In this document: piece by piece, positions 63,183 through 64,000 of the stretch
Layout of the letters: every line of letters begins with the position of its first letter
Numbering within the stretch: the first letter of the stretch is position 1
Origin: Flaccisagitta enflata
Lineage: Eukaryota
Length of the DNA: 64,000 bases
Assembly (NCBI GenBank): GCA_965153355.1
Contig: OZ231126.1
Coordinates: 13,888,001 to 13,952,000 of the forward strand
Direction: 5' to 3'
Translations under genes and position numbers: made by a program
The notes under the pieces: model-generated
The model's database searches: none
Told to the model about the DNA's origin: nothing
Seen by the model: only the letters and a program-made list of their open reading frames with translations

Positions 63183-63410
63183 TTAACCATGTGGTTCAGT
63201 AACTTTGTAACTGTACATACTGCTGTTGAATTTTGAGAGCATTGAGGAAAGGATAATCATGTTTGCGCAAGTTTCGTTGCGTCTCTTTAAACCATATGGA
63301 GTTGCAAGAATTCCCTCGACCATGGCTAAACGATTTCTGGGTTTGGTCTTGATTACCCCCACGCCACTAAATGATCGCTCAATGGTGGCATTAGATGTAG
63401 GAAGGCAATT
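63183..63410 (-). pseudogene. hAT transposase C-terminal dimerisation-domain fragment
   Basis: LPTSNATIERSFSGVGVIKTKPRNRL matches the hAT LPxSNAxxERxFS...KTxxRNRL motif. It is truncated upstream by another repeat. Confidence 0.7.
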
Positions 63411-63441
63411 TTGACACTGAAGAAGTGAAGTAAGAGCAGGG

Positions 63442-63788
63442 CAGCAGCCCCAAAGGGCCAATGTCCTGTAGGACACAGGGGGGAATTTCCAAACAACCTG
63501 AGAGGACATATTAGAGGCTTTTGGACAATTTTCCATGATATTCAATGGGAGATTTGCATTTTTTTTCAATTTCTCATCAATTTGCCATGTAATTCTATGG
63601 GAATTTTACATTTTTTTCAAATTTCATCAATTTTCCATGTTATTTAATGGAAAGTTGGCATTTTATCAGTTTCGCATGTTATTCAATAGGAATTTGAGGC
63701 TTGAGATGCTGGGGGGGGGGATGTTCGGACGCACACATGGAAATTCACCCCTGTGTCCTACGGGACATTGTCCCTTTGGGGCCGCTGC
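63442..63788. mobile_element. Short inverted-repeat element; a related end is at ~27535-27590
   Basis: gcagcagccccaaagggccaatgtcctgtaggacacagg / cctgtgtcctacgggacattgtccctttggggccgctgc. Confidence 0.65.
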
Positions 63789-63821
63789 ACCTGGTAATTT
63801 CTAATAGAAAAATGTGAGATT

Positions 63822-64000
63822 AATACCCAAGCAATACCCGAGCATACCCATGAAATGCACTAGCAATACCCGAGCAATACCCAGGCAATACCCAAGCAAT
63901 ACCCGAGCGTACCCAAATACCCGGGCCGAGCATACCCGAGCATTCCCAAGCGATACCACAGCAATGCCAAAGTAATACCAGGCATACCCGGGCATACCCA
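63822..64000. repeat. Degenerate 11-bp minisatellite (AATACCCGAGC)n running off the window end
   Basis: Direct inspection. Confidence 0.85.

Overview
This is repeat-rich, AT-rich eukaryotic (invertebrate metazoan) genomic DNA. It has spliceosomal introns and many microsatellites. I saw no CRISPR array, rRNA or tRNA. Two host genes are clear: a two-exon PGAP4/TMEM246 GPI GalNAc-transferase gene (18562-20354, +) and a solitary replication-dependent histone H1 gene (28363-28995, -) with a 3' stem-loop and an H1-box. An apparently intact single-ORF CR1/L2-group LINE (PHD-APE-RT, with a variant 2A-like motif) lies at about 20920-24740. A 5'-truncated LINE interrupts a tandem array of Kolobok-like MITEs at 1-5047. 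The most striking structure is a co-oriented, minus-strand gene cluster at about 35.9-55.8 kb. It holds a decayed C2H2-ZnF/DDE transposase of the CMC (CACTA/EnSpm-Mirage) group with a ~200-aa acidic insertion, a ~12-exon ORF2-like gene, and at least two further genes of unknown function. A CAC terminus with ~1 kb of subterminal repeats sits at 32287. I infer a giant (>=23 kb) cargo-carrying CMC transposon whose other end I could not locate. Many non-autonomous TIR elements are present with visible TSDs of 2, 4, 8 and 10 bp, plus Helentron-like (HINE/DINE-1-type) repeats. All family calls come from motif recognition by eye, not from database searches.
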